The notes under the pieces were generated by a model. The model was not told where the DNA came from, searched no databases, and was given only the letters and a program-made list of their open reading frames with translations. The position numbers and the translations under genes are program-made. Below are positions 15,984 to 23,520 of a stretch of 23,520 bases of DNA, in pieces. The stretch spans positions 1 through 23,520 of the IMG/VR virus record IMGVR_UViG_3300035698_035307; one strand, written 5' to 3'. The stretch's first letter is position 1; the number at the start of each line of letters is the position of its first letter. This DNA comes from a virus (Duplodnaviria; Heunggongvirae; Uroviricota; Caudoviricetes).

Positions 15984-16172
15984 TTACTCCGTATGAGCTT
16001 TTTTGACAATCATTACATCTTCTGGTAATGGATTGTCTTTAAATTTTGCTAGAAAAGCTTTCAAAGTTTTTTTAGCTTTACTAGGCGATAGCTTACCTAC
16101 AGGAACAATGAAAGTTCTTCTAACTTCTCCTTGTCCTGTTTTACACCAATAGTCTTTCTCTAATCTTGTCAT
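15984..16172 (-). CDS. 62-aa protein resembling the T4 gp20-type portal clip region
   Basis: RRTFIVPVGKLSPSKAKKTL....KFK resembles the gp20-family RRxFYIDVGxxPxxKAxxxL pattern; ATGA coupling to the upstream gene. Confidence 0.65.
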   Translation of the reverse strand: MTRLEKDYWCKTGQGEVRRTFIVPVGKLSPSKAKKTLKAFLAKFKDNPLPEDVMIVKKAHTE

Positions 16173-17020
16173 ACTAATTCTCTTTTTAACGGTAATGTCA
16201 TGCAGGCAAACCCTCCTGCCATTTTTCTAATTTCACTCATTTTACAAGTATGAATTTTCATACCTTGATGACATTCTAACATTGCTTTAACTTGTGGGCA
16301 ATCATCAGCCATTATAATTTCCCTTGGACCAATCACTAAAATATTAGTGGCATAGTTCTTACTGACCTCGTCAAACTCAGACAGTGTAATCACATTCTTA
16401 TATCCTAATGTTTCTTGACTCAGTTCTGACCTTATGAGTAACGTATCAGCATCCAGAATCATATGAGCACCTAATATATGTTGAGGTATTCCTTCAGGTA
16501 AAGCTTCGACTGTTTTAAAATTAATATGAGGATATAATTGTTGTAATGTTTCTGCTACCTTTGGAGAAGTTCTATTACCTACAGATAAAATTACTTCATC
16601 TGGTTTAGTTCTTAACATATCAGCTCCTTCAAATGTAATATCTTCACTGAACTCAATTAATTTCCCAGCGTATTGTTCTTTTCTTAAATACTTAATAAGA
16701 TTAAGTTCTTCACCTTTTCTTACATCATATCTTAAATTCCCAAGTATAATTGAATCATCTAAAACTGCAGCTACATCTCTCATATAGATTGCATTAGCGT
16801 GATATAAATAATCAGGAGTATGCATATCAGTATGTACTTCAATACCTAATTTGTTTAAAAGGTCCCATAATGCTGAAACTTCTTCTAATACTACGTCATA
16901 GTTTGGTTGAAATTCATACATCGCCTCATCAGCTGTCATCATTTCTAGTTCACCTCTTCGAGGTATATGTAAGAAAACTGATTGTAGTTTTCCATATTCT
17001 GAGTTATATCCTACTTCCAT
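16169..17020 (-). CDS. Amidinotransferase/arginine deiminase/DDAH (pentein) family enzyme
   Basis: NSEYGKLQSV, NAIYMRD, RKGE, FEGAD, RTS, QHIL, GGFACMTLPL (catalytic Cys). Confidence 0.9.
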   Translation of the reverse strand: MEVGYNSEYGKLQSVFLHIPRRGELEMMTADEAMYEFQPNYDVVLEEVSALWDLLNKLGIEVHTDMHTPDYLYHANAIYMRDVAAVLDDSIILGNLRYDVRKGEELNLIKYLRKEQYAGKLIEFSEDITFEGADMLRTKPDEVILSVGNRTSPKVAETLQQLYPHINFKTVEALPEGIPQHILGAHMILDADTLLIRSELSQETLGYKNVITLSEFDEVSKNYATNILVIGPREIIMADDCPQVKAMLECHQGMKIHTCKMSEIRKMAGGFACMTLPLKRELV

Positions 17021-17481
17021 TATGAGTATTTTATTAATGTTATTAATTCCTCAAATTCTTCAACTTGTGGTATATTATATTTACTGCAAACTATGTCAAT
17101 GTTTCCTTTTCTCCAGAAACCTTCTGGGCAATAAATAACTAGCTTACCTGATTTAGCGTATAAGCCAAACTCTAACAGTGAGATAGGTGCTATACTATCT
17201 TTTGTCAAAACCATTATAATTTTATCAGCTAATTCTAAATGTTCTAATTCCCAATTAACTTGTTCATTAAATTTTGGATTATCAATTGATTGTTCCCATG
17301 TATCATCCCATTCATCTCTACGTGGATTGTAAAGTATAACAGGAAAGTCTTTTACAGCTTCTGTAATCTTTAATTGCCAATCTTCGGCTTTACCCATATC
17401 AATTGACCCTGCAAGAAAGATACTTTTATATCCTTCTACTTTTGCAGCATATCCGGGTGGTTTTATTACAATTGTTTTCAT
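17020..17481 (-). CDS. Nucleoside 2-deoxyribosyltransferase-like protein
   Basis: IFLAGSI, DWQ, NPRR, QVNWE..L..AD, APISLLEFGL. Confidence 0.9.
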   Translation of the reverse strand: MKTIVIKPPGYAAKVEGYKSIFLAGSIDMGKAEDWQLKITEAVKDFPVILYNPRRDEWDDTWEQSIDNPKFNEQVNWELEHLELADKIIMVLTKDSIAPISLLEFGLYAKSGKLVIYCPEGFWRKGNIDIVCSKYNIPQVEEFEELITLIKYS

Positions 17482-17482
17482 T

Positions 17483-17728
17483 TTAAAATCTTGCTGCGCC
17501 TTGTACAGGCAGTTCTTCAGGTGTTCCTTTACTATTTCTAACTATTTTGAAGCATTTCTTGAATGTAACTTTGTCCATATTTACAAGATTGCTAGGGTGT
17601 ATAGTATGAATGAGAATGTCATTAGTTTCTTTAGCTATACGAAACATTACATAATTATTTAGCTTTAATCCAGGCAGTCGATATCTGCTGGGGAGTATCT
17701 TTTCATATGTAGCATTATAGTATCTCAT
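17483..17728 (-). CDS. Hypothetical protein
   Basis: 1-bp gaps to both neighbours within the operon. Confidence 0.7.
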   Translation of the reverse strand: MRYYNATYEKILPSRYRLPGLKLNNYVMFRIAKETNDILIHTIHPSNLVNMDKVTFKKCFKIVRNSKGTPEELPVQGAARF

Positions 17729-17729
17729 A

Positions 17730-18956
17730 CTAAATCCATTTATCTGTGTTCATTGAATATCCTAATCTATACATCATATCTTGAACATGTGGTTCTTTTG
17801 CTAACCAATTCATCTCATGTTCTCTTTTCTTCCACCTGTATAAACCTGGCTCATCTGTTGCCATCGTTACTGGCATAACTCCAATTTCTACGTGAGGTAT
17901 TCCAATATAGTCACATATATCATCTGCTATTTCTTGAGGACTTATTAAGAAGTCTTCGAACTTAACTCTCATTGTATGAACCTTACTTTCAAGAATTGAA
18001 TTATGTGCAGTGTACCATTGATTTAAACAAACTTGTTCAAGTGTAGAATTTGTATATTGTTTCCAATTAGCAGGTAAGTCAAATTTCCACCATTTCTTTC
18101 CAAAAGCTTTAACATCACTATAACCTTTAATATTGAGTTCTAAATCTTGTGATTCCATATTATGTGCAAAGAAACCATTATCAGATAACCAACCGTCCAT
18201 TAAACCGTTTGTTGTTTGTGCAAATCCTCTACTTAAGTGGATATACTTTATCTCTGCATTTGGGAATAGGTTCTCGAATAATCCAATTCTATAACAGTCT
18301 TGAGGTGTCTTAAATAAAAGCGGATGTGTAGCTGCGTCTTCTTCAGTAAAACTTCTTTTCTTAGAAGGTATTACGAAAGGTGGTTCCTCAATCTTAATCT
18401 GTTCAGTAAATAATTGTTTGTCTTTTGCAAATAAATCATAATAACCTCTCTTATCTGGCATGAAACTATTAATGAATCGCTTAGTAGATTCTTCATAGTT
18501 ATCACTGTTACCGTAAGCTTCGTGAACTCTCTGTTCTATTAATTCATGAAGTTCTGGCTTCATTTCAGGATATTGATACAGCATTCTTTTCTGCCAGTCA
18601 ATTGTAGTTCTTCTTACATCAATGAATGGAATATTAATACCCATATCTGAAAACATAATATCAAGAAGCTTTTGTTTATCATTAACTTCAGTAAATCCGT
18701 CAGACTCTGTCCAAGGAAATGCATTCTTTGTTAAGATGTAATAAGGTTCTTCTTCACCAGAAAGATAAGCAATATCATCACTCTTAGACAATATTGATTT
18801 CATTAATGTTGAACCAGAACGAGAAGCTGTAAGGATTACTACAATCTTTTTTACTTTCTCATTTAGATTCCCAGTTGGCTTTATAAAACCTTCTCCAAAT
18901 AATTTATCATTGACATTGTCAATAGCGTTCTCTACTCTTTCTGTGTATTTGTTCAT
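17730..18956 (-). CDS. PAPS-dependent sulfotransferase-family protein
   Basis: ILTASRSGSTLM (5'-PSB loop), FKTP, FPNAEIKYIHLSR (3'-PB), VKFEDFL.SP, YRLGY. Confidence 0.85.
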   Translation of the reverse strand: MNKYTERVENAIDNVNDKLFGEGFIKPTGNLNEKVKKIVVILTASRSGSTLMKSILSKSDDIAYLSGEEEPYYILTKNAFPWTESDGFTEVNDKQKLLDIMFSDMGINIPFIDVRRTTIDWQKRMLYQYPEMKPELHELIEQRVHEAYGNSDNYEESTKRFINSFMPDKRGYYDLFAKDKQLFTEQIKIEEPPFVIPSKKRSFTEEDAATHPLLFKTPQDCYRIGLFENLFPNAEIKYIHLSRGFAQTTNGLMDGWLSDNGFFAHNMESQDLELNIKGYSDVKAFGKKWWKFDLPANWKQYTNSTLEQVCLNQWYTAHNSILESKVHTMRVKFEDFLISPQEIADDICDYIGIPHVEIGVMPVTMATDEPGLYRWKKREHEMNWLAKEPHVQDMMYRLGYSMNTDKWI

Positions 18957-19471
18957 GCTTTCATTCTTTCGTTTACAAAATCGATTACCTGTTGGATATG
19001 TTCGTCTTCGATATGAAAATTGTCTGGATTAATTACAACAGGACATGTTGCAAAACTAGATAATACCTTCATATACTTATCCACATGTGTTTTAAAGTCT
19101 TTACCTTCTTTACTACTCCGCTTGGCTGCTAGTGCTGGCCAATTTTCTTCAGTAGTTGCTATAAATACTGCGCATTTATGAATGTGACTTTTAGATACTC
19201 GTAAAATTTCTTTACGATAACCTTCGTCTTCAGAATATGCAGCATCTGTTAACCCTCTATCCCAGAGAATTACTCTTTTATAATCATTTATCTGGTCTAA
19301 TCTTTCGATATTATTATGCATCCAGAAATTATAATCTTGCCATCTCGATTGCATTCCTATATTAATAGCACCTGCCCCCTTGAATCTTATCCATTCAGGT
19401 TTTTGTTCTAATAATTTATCAATGAGATATGTTTTGCCAACTGTTGACAAACCTTCTAAAAAAACTATCAT
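18953..19471 (-). CDS. P-loop nucleoside monophosphate kinase (TMPK/dNK-like)
   Basis: IVFLEGLSTVGKT Walker A and ILWDRG DR motif. Confidence 0.82.
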   Translation of the reverse strand: MIVFLEGLSTVGKTYLIDKLLEQKPEWIRFKGAGAINIGMQSRWQDYNFWMHNNIERLDQINDYKRVILWDRGLTDAAYSEDEGYRKEILRVSKSHIHKCAVFIATTEENWPALAAKRSSKEGKDFKTHVDKYMKVLSSFATCPVVINPDNFHIEDEHIQQVIDFVNERMKA

Positions 19472-19487
19472 ATGTTATTTGTTTTGT

Positions 19488-19516
19488 ATTATATGGGCTA
19501 TAGCCCTGATGGTTTC
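19488..19516 (-). promoter_or_regulatory. GAAAC-N18-TATAAT promoter with palindrome GGGCTATAGCCC (19495-19506) in the spacer
   Basis: Between a terminator and the kinase ATG. Confidence 0.6.
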
Positions 19517-19525
19517 ATTAATCAT

Positions 19526-19560
19526 AAAAAAAGCCACCTATTCAGTTAAGTGGCTTTTTT
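19526..19560 (-). terminator. Intrinsic terminator, potentially bidirectional
   Basis: A7-GCCAC-loop-GTGGC-T6 downstream of ORF 19572-20315. Confidence 0.85.
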
Positions 19561-19571
19561 ATGATGACTAC

Positions 19572-20315
19572 TTAGTCTTTTTTAACGTCTTTAGCTTCTT
19601 TCAAGATTTCTCCTGCTTTCGCTTCAGCTTCGTCAATTTTCTTTGCAGCTTCCTTTGTCTTCTCTACATCTTCTACTTTAACACCAGATGCTTCAATGTC
19701 AAGTTCTTGATTACGAGCGTCAAGTTCTGTAAGTCTCGTGTGAATATCTCTAAGAATTTGATTGTCATCAGCAACCATTTTCATTGATTCAGATACTGTC
19801 TCACCTATAATTGTCACTAAACGAACGTGAGTTCTAGCTTCGAAGAAGCCTGTACCAGCTCTTTGTGCAAGTGAGTTATAAAGATGTGCGATATCTTTAC
19901 CAAGAATCCAGATTTTACCATCTGTATCAATACCTTCTTTCTTTGCATTCTTTAATTCACTGTAAAGTGATACAAGTAATGCGGCATTTCTGTGCTGCCA
20001 AGGTAAATCTTTTTCTACGAACTTAAGAAGTTCTTTAAGATAACCATCGTTTTCAATTGTGATAGGATATTCAGTTTCAGCTAACTGACTTGTTTGTTGA
20101 GTAGCAATTGCTTCTAACTCTTTAAGTTCAGCTAAAATAGCTTCTTTATCCATTTCTTTAACATCTGAACGAGCTTCAATGTTAAGAATATCTTCTTTGT
20201 CATCACCTAAAAGAACTTTCTTTCTTTCGATTTTGTATTCAGGTGCTGTTTCTGTTACTTCGCCTGCAGTTTTAACTTCAGATGCGTCAACAACTTTTGC
20301 TTCTTCTTTTGCCAT
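19572..20315 (-). CDS. Hypothetical acidic coiled-coil protein
   Basis: 247-aa ORF with A-rich leader and downstream terminator. Confidence 0.8.
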   Translation of the reverse strand: MAKEEAKVVDASEVKTAGEVTETAPEYKIERKKVLLGDDKEDILNIEARSDVKEMDKEAILAELKELEAIATQQTSQLAETEYPITIENDGYLKELLKFVEKDLPWQHRNAALLVSLYSELKNAKKEGIDTDGKIWILGKDIAHLYNSLAQRAGTGFFEARTHVRLVTIIGETVSESMKMVADDNQILRDIHTRLTELDARNQELDIEASGVKVEDVEKTKEAAKKIDEAEAKAGEILKEAKDVKKD

Positions 20316-20343
20316 AATTTATTGTATTTTTCTTTAAATTTGT

Positions 20344-20535
20344 TTATTCAGTTGGTCTTTTTGGTAATTCAATATAATGAGTTACATCTTCTAAAACCGT
20401 AGCATAATTTGTTCTATAATGTTTACCATCATAAAAACCTAAAAACGTGCCGTAGATTTTTGTTAATAATATTAACTGACTCATATGAGGTTCTTCATGA
20501 ACTTCAGGTTCTGTTTCTATTGAAATATATTCAAT
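20344..20535 (-). CDS. DUF551-like small protein missed by the ORF track, apparent ATT start
   Basis: Reads (I/M)EYISIETEPE...FLGFYDGKHY...EDVTHYIELPKRPTE-stop, like DUF551 MEWISV..LP...VTHWxxLPxP; promoter 20553-20581 immediately upstream. Confidence 0.6.
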   Translation of the reverse strand: MEYISIETEPEVHEEPHMSQLILLTKIYGTFLGFYDGKHYRTNYATVLEDVTHYIELPKRPTE

Positions 20536-20552
20536 GTGTTTGTATTTGTAGT

Positions 20553-20581
20553 ATTATAGTATTCTATGTATTGTTTGTTTC
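20553..20581 (-). promoter_or_regulatory. GAAAC-N18-TATAAT promoter
   Basis: tGAAACaaac...acTATAAT, nearly the same as the 862-889 element. Confidence 0.6.
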
Positions 20582-20589
20582 ATACCGAT

Positions 20590-21108
20590 TTACAGAAATT
20601 CAGCCAATTCACTGGATTTTATCCTTAAATCAAAATCAGTAAAGTTGTCAAAGTCTTTTCTGTCAGCTCCCATACGTCTTTCCAGACTGTCACCTGGCAT
20701 AGTTCTTTGTGCAAGTCTTTCTCTTCTTATTGCTTCTGGAATGTCCATAAAGATAATAAAAGAATTTTTTCTATCTTCTGGTAATAATTTGCTAATTCCA
20801 GATGGCGTCATAATAAAGGTATCACACATCGACATTTGTTCTTTAGCTGTTCCATAATACCAGCCGTTAAATTCTACGTATTCATACCAAAAATCTTCTT
20901 TGATTCTCTTTTGAAACTCTTTAACACTAAGAAAATAATAATCAATTCCTTCAACTTCACCTTCCCTTGCAGGGCGAGTAGTATAAGATACAGCATGGCT
21001 AAATCCTTTCTTTACAAATGCGTCTTTTAAATAGTCTTTTCCACCGGCTGCATGGCCGCAAAATATCATACGTGCTCTTGGAAATAAATAAGTTTGCTTT
21101 CCTGTCAT
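20590..21108 (-). CDS. gmk: Guanylate kinase
   Basis: GHAAGGKD P-loop; VSYTTRPAREGEVEGIDYYF; EYVEFNGWYYGT. Confidence 0.92.
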   Translation of the reverse strand: MTGKQTYLFPRARMIFCGHAAGGKDYLKDAFVKKGFSHAVSYTTRPAREGEVEGIDYYFLSVKEFQKRIKEDFWYEYVEFNGWYYGTAKEQMSMCDTFIMTPSGISKLLPEDRKNSFIIFMDIPEAIRRERLAQRTMPGDSLERRMGADRKDFDNFTDFDLRIKSSELAEFL

Positions 21109-21329
21109 TAATCTAAAATTTCAAATTCGAATTTATCTTTAATTATTTTGTGAAATTCTCCACCTATTGACTCAGCAGTAGAGAACAGTTTGTAAGTAGC
21201 TTCATCAACTTCCATATATTTGTACTGTCGGCCACCTTTAAATGTCAAGGTTAAGTCCCTAGTATTAAAATCGTATATCGAGAGCTTGATGTTCTTTGAG
21301 TCGTATACTCGTGTTTCTATTAATATCAT
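21108..21329 (-). CDS. KTSC domain protein
   Basis: SKNIK...YD....LTLTFKGGRQYKY.EV....Y..F..AESIG..F...IK pattern. Confidence 0.9.
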   Translation of the reverse strand: MILIETRVYDSKNIKLSIYDFNTRDLTLTFKGGRQYKYMEVDEATYKLFSTAESIGGEFHKIIKDKFEFEILD

Positions 21330-21754
21330 TTTACCATTATTTTTCCGTTATAAAATATTTGTTGAACTTCAATATCTGCTTGAGTTCTATTGTTATCTAA
21401 ATCCAATTCGAAACCAGCAATATTTGCATTTCCATAATTGAAATTGTTCTCAAAGAAGTCAATTCTTGTTATCTTAACATTCTTATACAAGATTTCGCCT
21501 AAGACTGAACCATCTTTATTGTGAGGTTTGATTTTGATATCAAACACCTTATTGTTTGAAAATAAGTCTGCTAAGATGTCAAGTGGCATTATAGTCTTAT
21601 TTACAATGTTCAATTGAAACTCTAATTTATGAGGTGAAACTTCAATTATCTGGTCTTGTAAAAAATCACTTGCAGATTTCGTTAATCCTTCACAAATAAA
21701 ATCTACTTCAAACAAATTATAATTGTAAGATTCTGTTTTTGGTTTTAAATCCAT
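21326..21754 (-). CDS. Short tail tube (T4 gp19-like) paralog
   Basis: YNLFEVDF, FQLNI, IKPHNKDGSVLGEILYKNVKIT resemble gp19-family N.FEV and I..y.rdG..l..y.f patterns. Confidence 0.45.
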   Translation of the reverse strand: MDLKPKTESYNYNLFEVDFICEGLTKSASDFLQDQIIEVSPHKLEFQLNIVNKTIMPLDILADLFSNNKVFDIKIKPHNKDGSVLGEILYKNVKITRIDFFENNFNYGNANIAGFELDLDNNRTQADIEVQQIFYNGKIMVK

Positions 21755-21781
21755 TATTTATTGTTTATTGTTTGTGTCATT

Positions 21782-21812
21782 AAAAAGCCGACATAATGTA
21801 TTTTATATCGGC
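21782..21812 (-). terminator. Intrinsic terminator after the tape-measure-like gene
   Basis: Minus strand GCCGATATAA-loop-TTATGTCGGC-TTTTT. Confidence 0.75.
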
Positions 21813-21829
21813 CTCTAATGAAAAGTTTA
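21802..21829 (-). promoter_or_regulatory. TAAAC-N17-TATAAA promoter-like element overlapping the terminator
   Basis: Variant of the GAAAC-N17/18-TATAAT motif. Confidence 0.35.
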
Positions 21830-21838
21830 TATTAAATT

Positions 21839-23518
21839 TTAAAACATTGCTTGTTTTGTTTTTATTGTACCTCTAAGTTGAGAATCAATTGATTCTAATG
21901 AACCAAGCATTTCTTTTATACCTTTAGAAAGTTCAGCTGTTGCAGCTGAGTTATCACCATCTGTTGTTGCTGCAGCTTCAGAAACTGTTCCTGCAGGAGC
22001 TCCCATATTTGCAATTGAATTAGCCGTACTTGCACTTGATGTAGAAACAGTATCTGCAAACTTACTTAATAATTCAGCAAGCTTTTCAAATGTTTCTTCA
22101 ATTGAACCACCGAACTTAGAAAGTAAATCACTTATGCTCCCTGCTTCTGCAACTACTGCCATTGCTTGGAATAAAGCTTTAGTTTCTGAAAGTACTTCTA
22201 AATCTAAATCATTGATTTCGTCTTTGAATACTCCCATTGATGTTGCAACTGAATCAAAGCTTTCTGCTACTGACTTCCATTCATCTGCACTGTCAGTCAT
22301 TATTTCAAAGTCTTCAGTAAATAAACCGAAAAATTCTACTGCAGCACCTGTATTAGGTTTTCTAAATGCTTCTAATACACCACCCATAAATAAACCAATA
22401 TTATTACCTAACATCGGTAAGTCTTCTGGTTTAATATCTTTAAAGTTTACATTAATATCACCAATTGATTTTGCTAATGTACCTATACCACTTGAAACAC
22501 CTGCTAATACTTCAACAGCTTCTTCCATTTCTTCCTTCATATCATCAGTAATGTACTGACCGATTTGACTCATAGCTTTTGCCATTCCAATACCTAAAGC
22601 TGCAATATTTGCGATTGCATTATCAATATCTTTCTGGGTTAATGTAATGACCTTATCAGGGGTTAATTCTGGAATACCTGTCTTAGAATTAATAGTTACC
22701 TTTTGTGAAACAAATTGCATCTTTGCAAATGATTGAATACCAAGAGCTAAACCTTGAATCACATCACTAATACCACCTAAAGATTCAATACCTTCTTTAG
22801 TATCATCTGGGTCAATTCCATCATTATCTTTACCATGCATACCAAACCATGACCAATCATCTTGGCCTAATTTAGAGAATACTAATGCCATTGACATCGC
22901 CATACTAGCAATATTACTTACAGCTGTATCTATATCACCTTGATTTAATTTAGTTACTTTATCTGGAACCAATTCTGGCATTCCAGTTTCACTATTAATC
23001 ATTATCTTATTTGTAACGAACTCCATACCAGCAAATTGTTGTATACCTGTAGCTAAACCAGAAATAATATCTCCAATTCCTGCTAATGATTGTACACCTG
23101 ATTTAACTAAATCTCCACCGAACACACTGTATAATAATGCTCCCATTGGGTCTTTCGGTGCTTCACCTTCATTTATTTTACCAATTTCAGCAAATACTCT
23201 TGCTACTGACATTGCAACTCTAGCAACATTATCAGTTGCTGCATCAATTTCAGTTTGTTTAAGTTGTCTCTTCTTTACTGGTCTTAATTCTGGACCGTCC
23301 TTTGTTTCGACTACGTCATATTCTGTTATTGTCATATTAGCCCAATCTTGAACACCCTGAGCTAATCCACTCATTGTACTTCCTGCTAAACTTAATGCTC
23401 TAACACCACGACTTACATATCTTTTACCACCGAAAATACTTGCATAGAATGGGTCATTAGGAGATTCTCCCATTTCCAATTTACCAACATCAGCAAATGG
23501 TCCAGAAATTGCACTGAT
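21839..23518 (-). CDS. 3' part of a tape-measure-like helical repeat protein (5' end outside the window)
   Basis: Frame stays open to the window edge (ISAISGPFADVGKLEMGES); Ala/Gly-rich with ~100-aa repeats G..SL.G....I.GLA.GIQ.FA.M...PEL.P.K...L.Q.DID.A..NIA. Confidence 0.7.
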   Translation of the reverse strand: MSAISGPFADVGKLEMGESPNDPFYASIFGGKRYVSRGVRALSLAGSTMSGLAQGVQDWANMTITEYDVVETKDGPELRPVKKRQLKQTEIDAATDNVARVAMSVARVFAEIGKINEGEAPKDPMGALLYSVFGGDLVKSGVQSLAGIGDIISGLATGIQQFAGMEFVTNKIMINSETGMPELVPDKVTKLNQGDIDTAVSNIASMAMSMALVFSKLGQDDWSWFGMHGKDNDGIDPDDTKEGIESLGGISDVIQGLALGIQSFAKMQFVSQKVTINSKTGIPELTPDKVITLTQKDIDNAIANIAALGIGMAKAMSQIGQYITDDMKEEMEEAVEVLAGVSSGIGTLAKSIGDINVNFKDIKPEDLPMLGNNIGLFMGGVLEAFRKPNTGAAVEFFGLFTEDFEIMTDSADEWKSVAESFDSVATSMGVFKDEINDLDLEVLSETKALFQAMAVVAEAGSISDLLSKFGGSIEETFEKLAELLSKFADTVSTSSASTANSIANMGAPAGTVSEAAATTDGDNSAATAELSKGIKEMLGSLESIDSQLRGTIKTKQAMF

Positions 23519-23520
23519 TA

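Noticed and set aside
18953-19471. APS kinase (CysC) supplying PAPS to the sulfotransferase
   Set aside because: Has the EG-x4-GKT and DR motifs of TMPK/dNK kinases, not the LDGD motif of CysC
20344-20583. Pseudogene or stop-codon readthrough (ATG 20583, in-frame TAA at 20554-20556)
   Set aside because: The ATG and TAA are parts of the tGAAAC and TATAAT promoter boxes seen elsewhere; a downstream start explains the layout better
1820-22559. All plus-strand ORFs in the track (e.g. 12298-12891, 19380-19787, 22134-22559)
   Set aside because: Antisense shadows of well-supported minus-strand genes, with Phe/Leu/Ser-rich composition and no motifs
1-23520. Alternative genetic code, tRNAs, introns or inteins
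   Set aside because: Genes are intact under code 11 with TAA, TAG and TGA all used as stops; intergenic gaps are short, and no cloverleaf or splicing motifs were seen by eye

Overview
AT-rich, densely coding window with every credible gene on the minus strand. It looks like part of a large T4-like (gp23/gp20-type) myophage genome. A Bacteroidota host is inferred from A-rich leaders lacking Shine-Dalgarno sites. Contents: Hsp20, an amidase endolysin and a late membrane/structural operon; a PD-(D/E)XK nuclease; an ECF-like sigma factor; a degenerate metallophosphoesterase; an ATP-grasp ligase; MazG; a 2H phosphoesterase (Acb1-like); a PRTase; guanylate kinase; a KTSC protein; and the 3' end of a tape-measure-like gene. 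Main signals: (1) a candidate undescribed cytosine hypermodification pathway, made of a T4 gp42-like dCMP hydroxymethylase, an APH-type kinase and a second TS-fold enzyme lacking folate-contact residues, plus an operon encoding an NMP kinase, sulfotransferase, nucleoside deoxyribosyltransferase-like protein and amidinotransferase-fold enzyme; (2) orphan truncated paralogs of portal (62 aa), major capsid and tail tube, possibly immune decoys; (3) five proteins, three of them enzymes, with T4-type capsid-targeting leaders downstream of a GATATATA-type motif; (4) an iteron-like palindromic array inside a Lys-rich gene. All family calls come from reading motifs by eye; no database searches were run.
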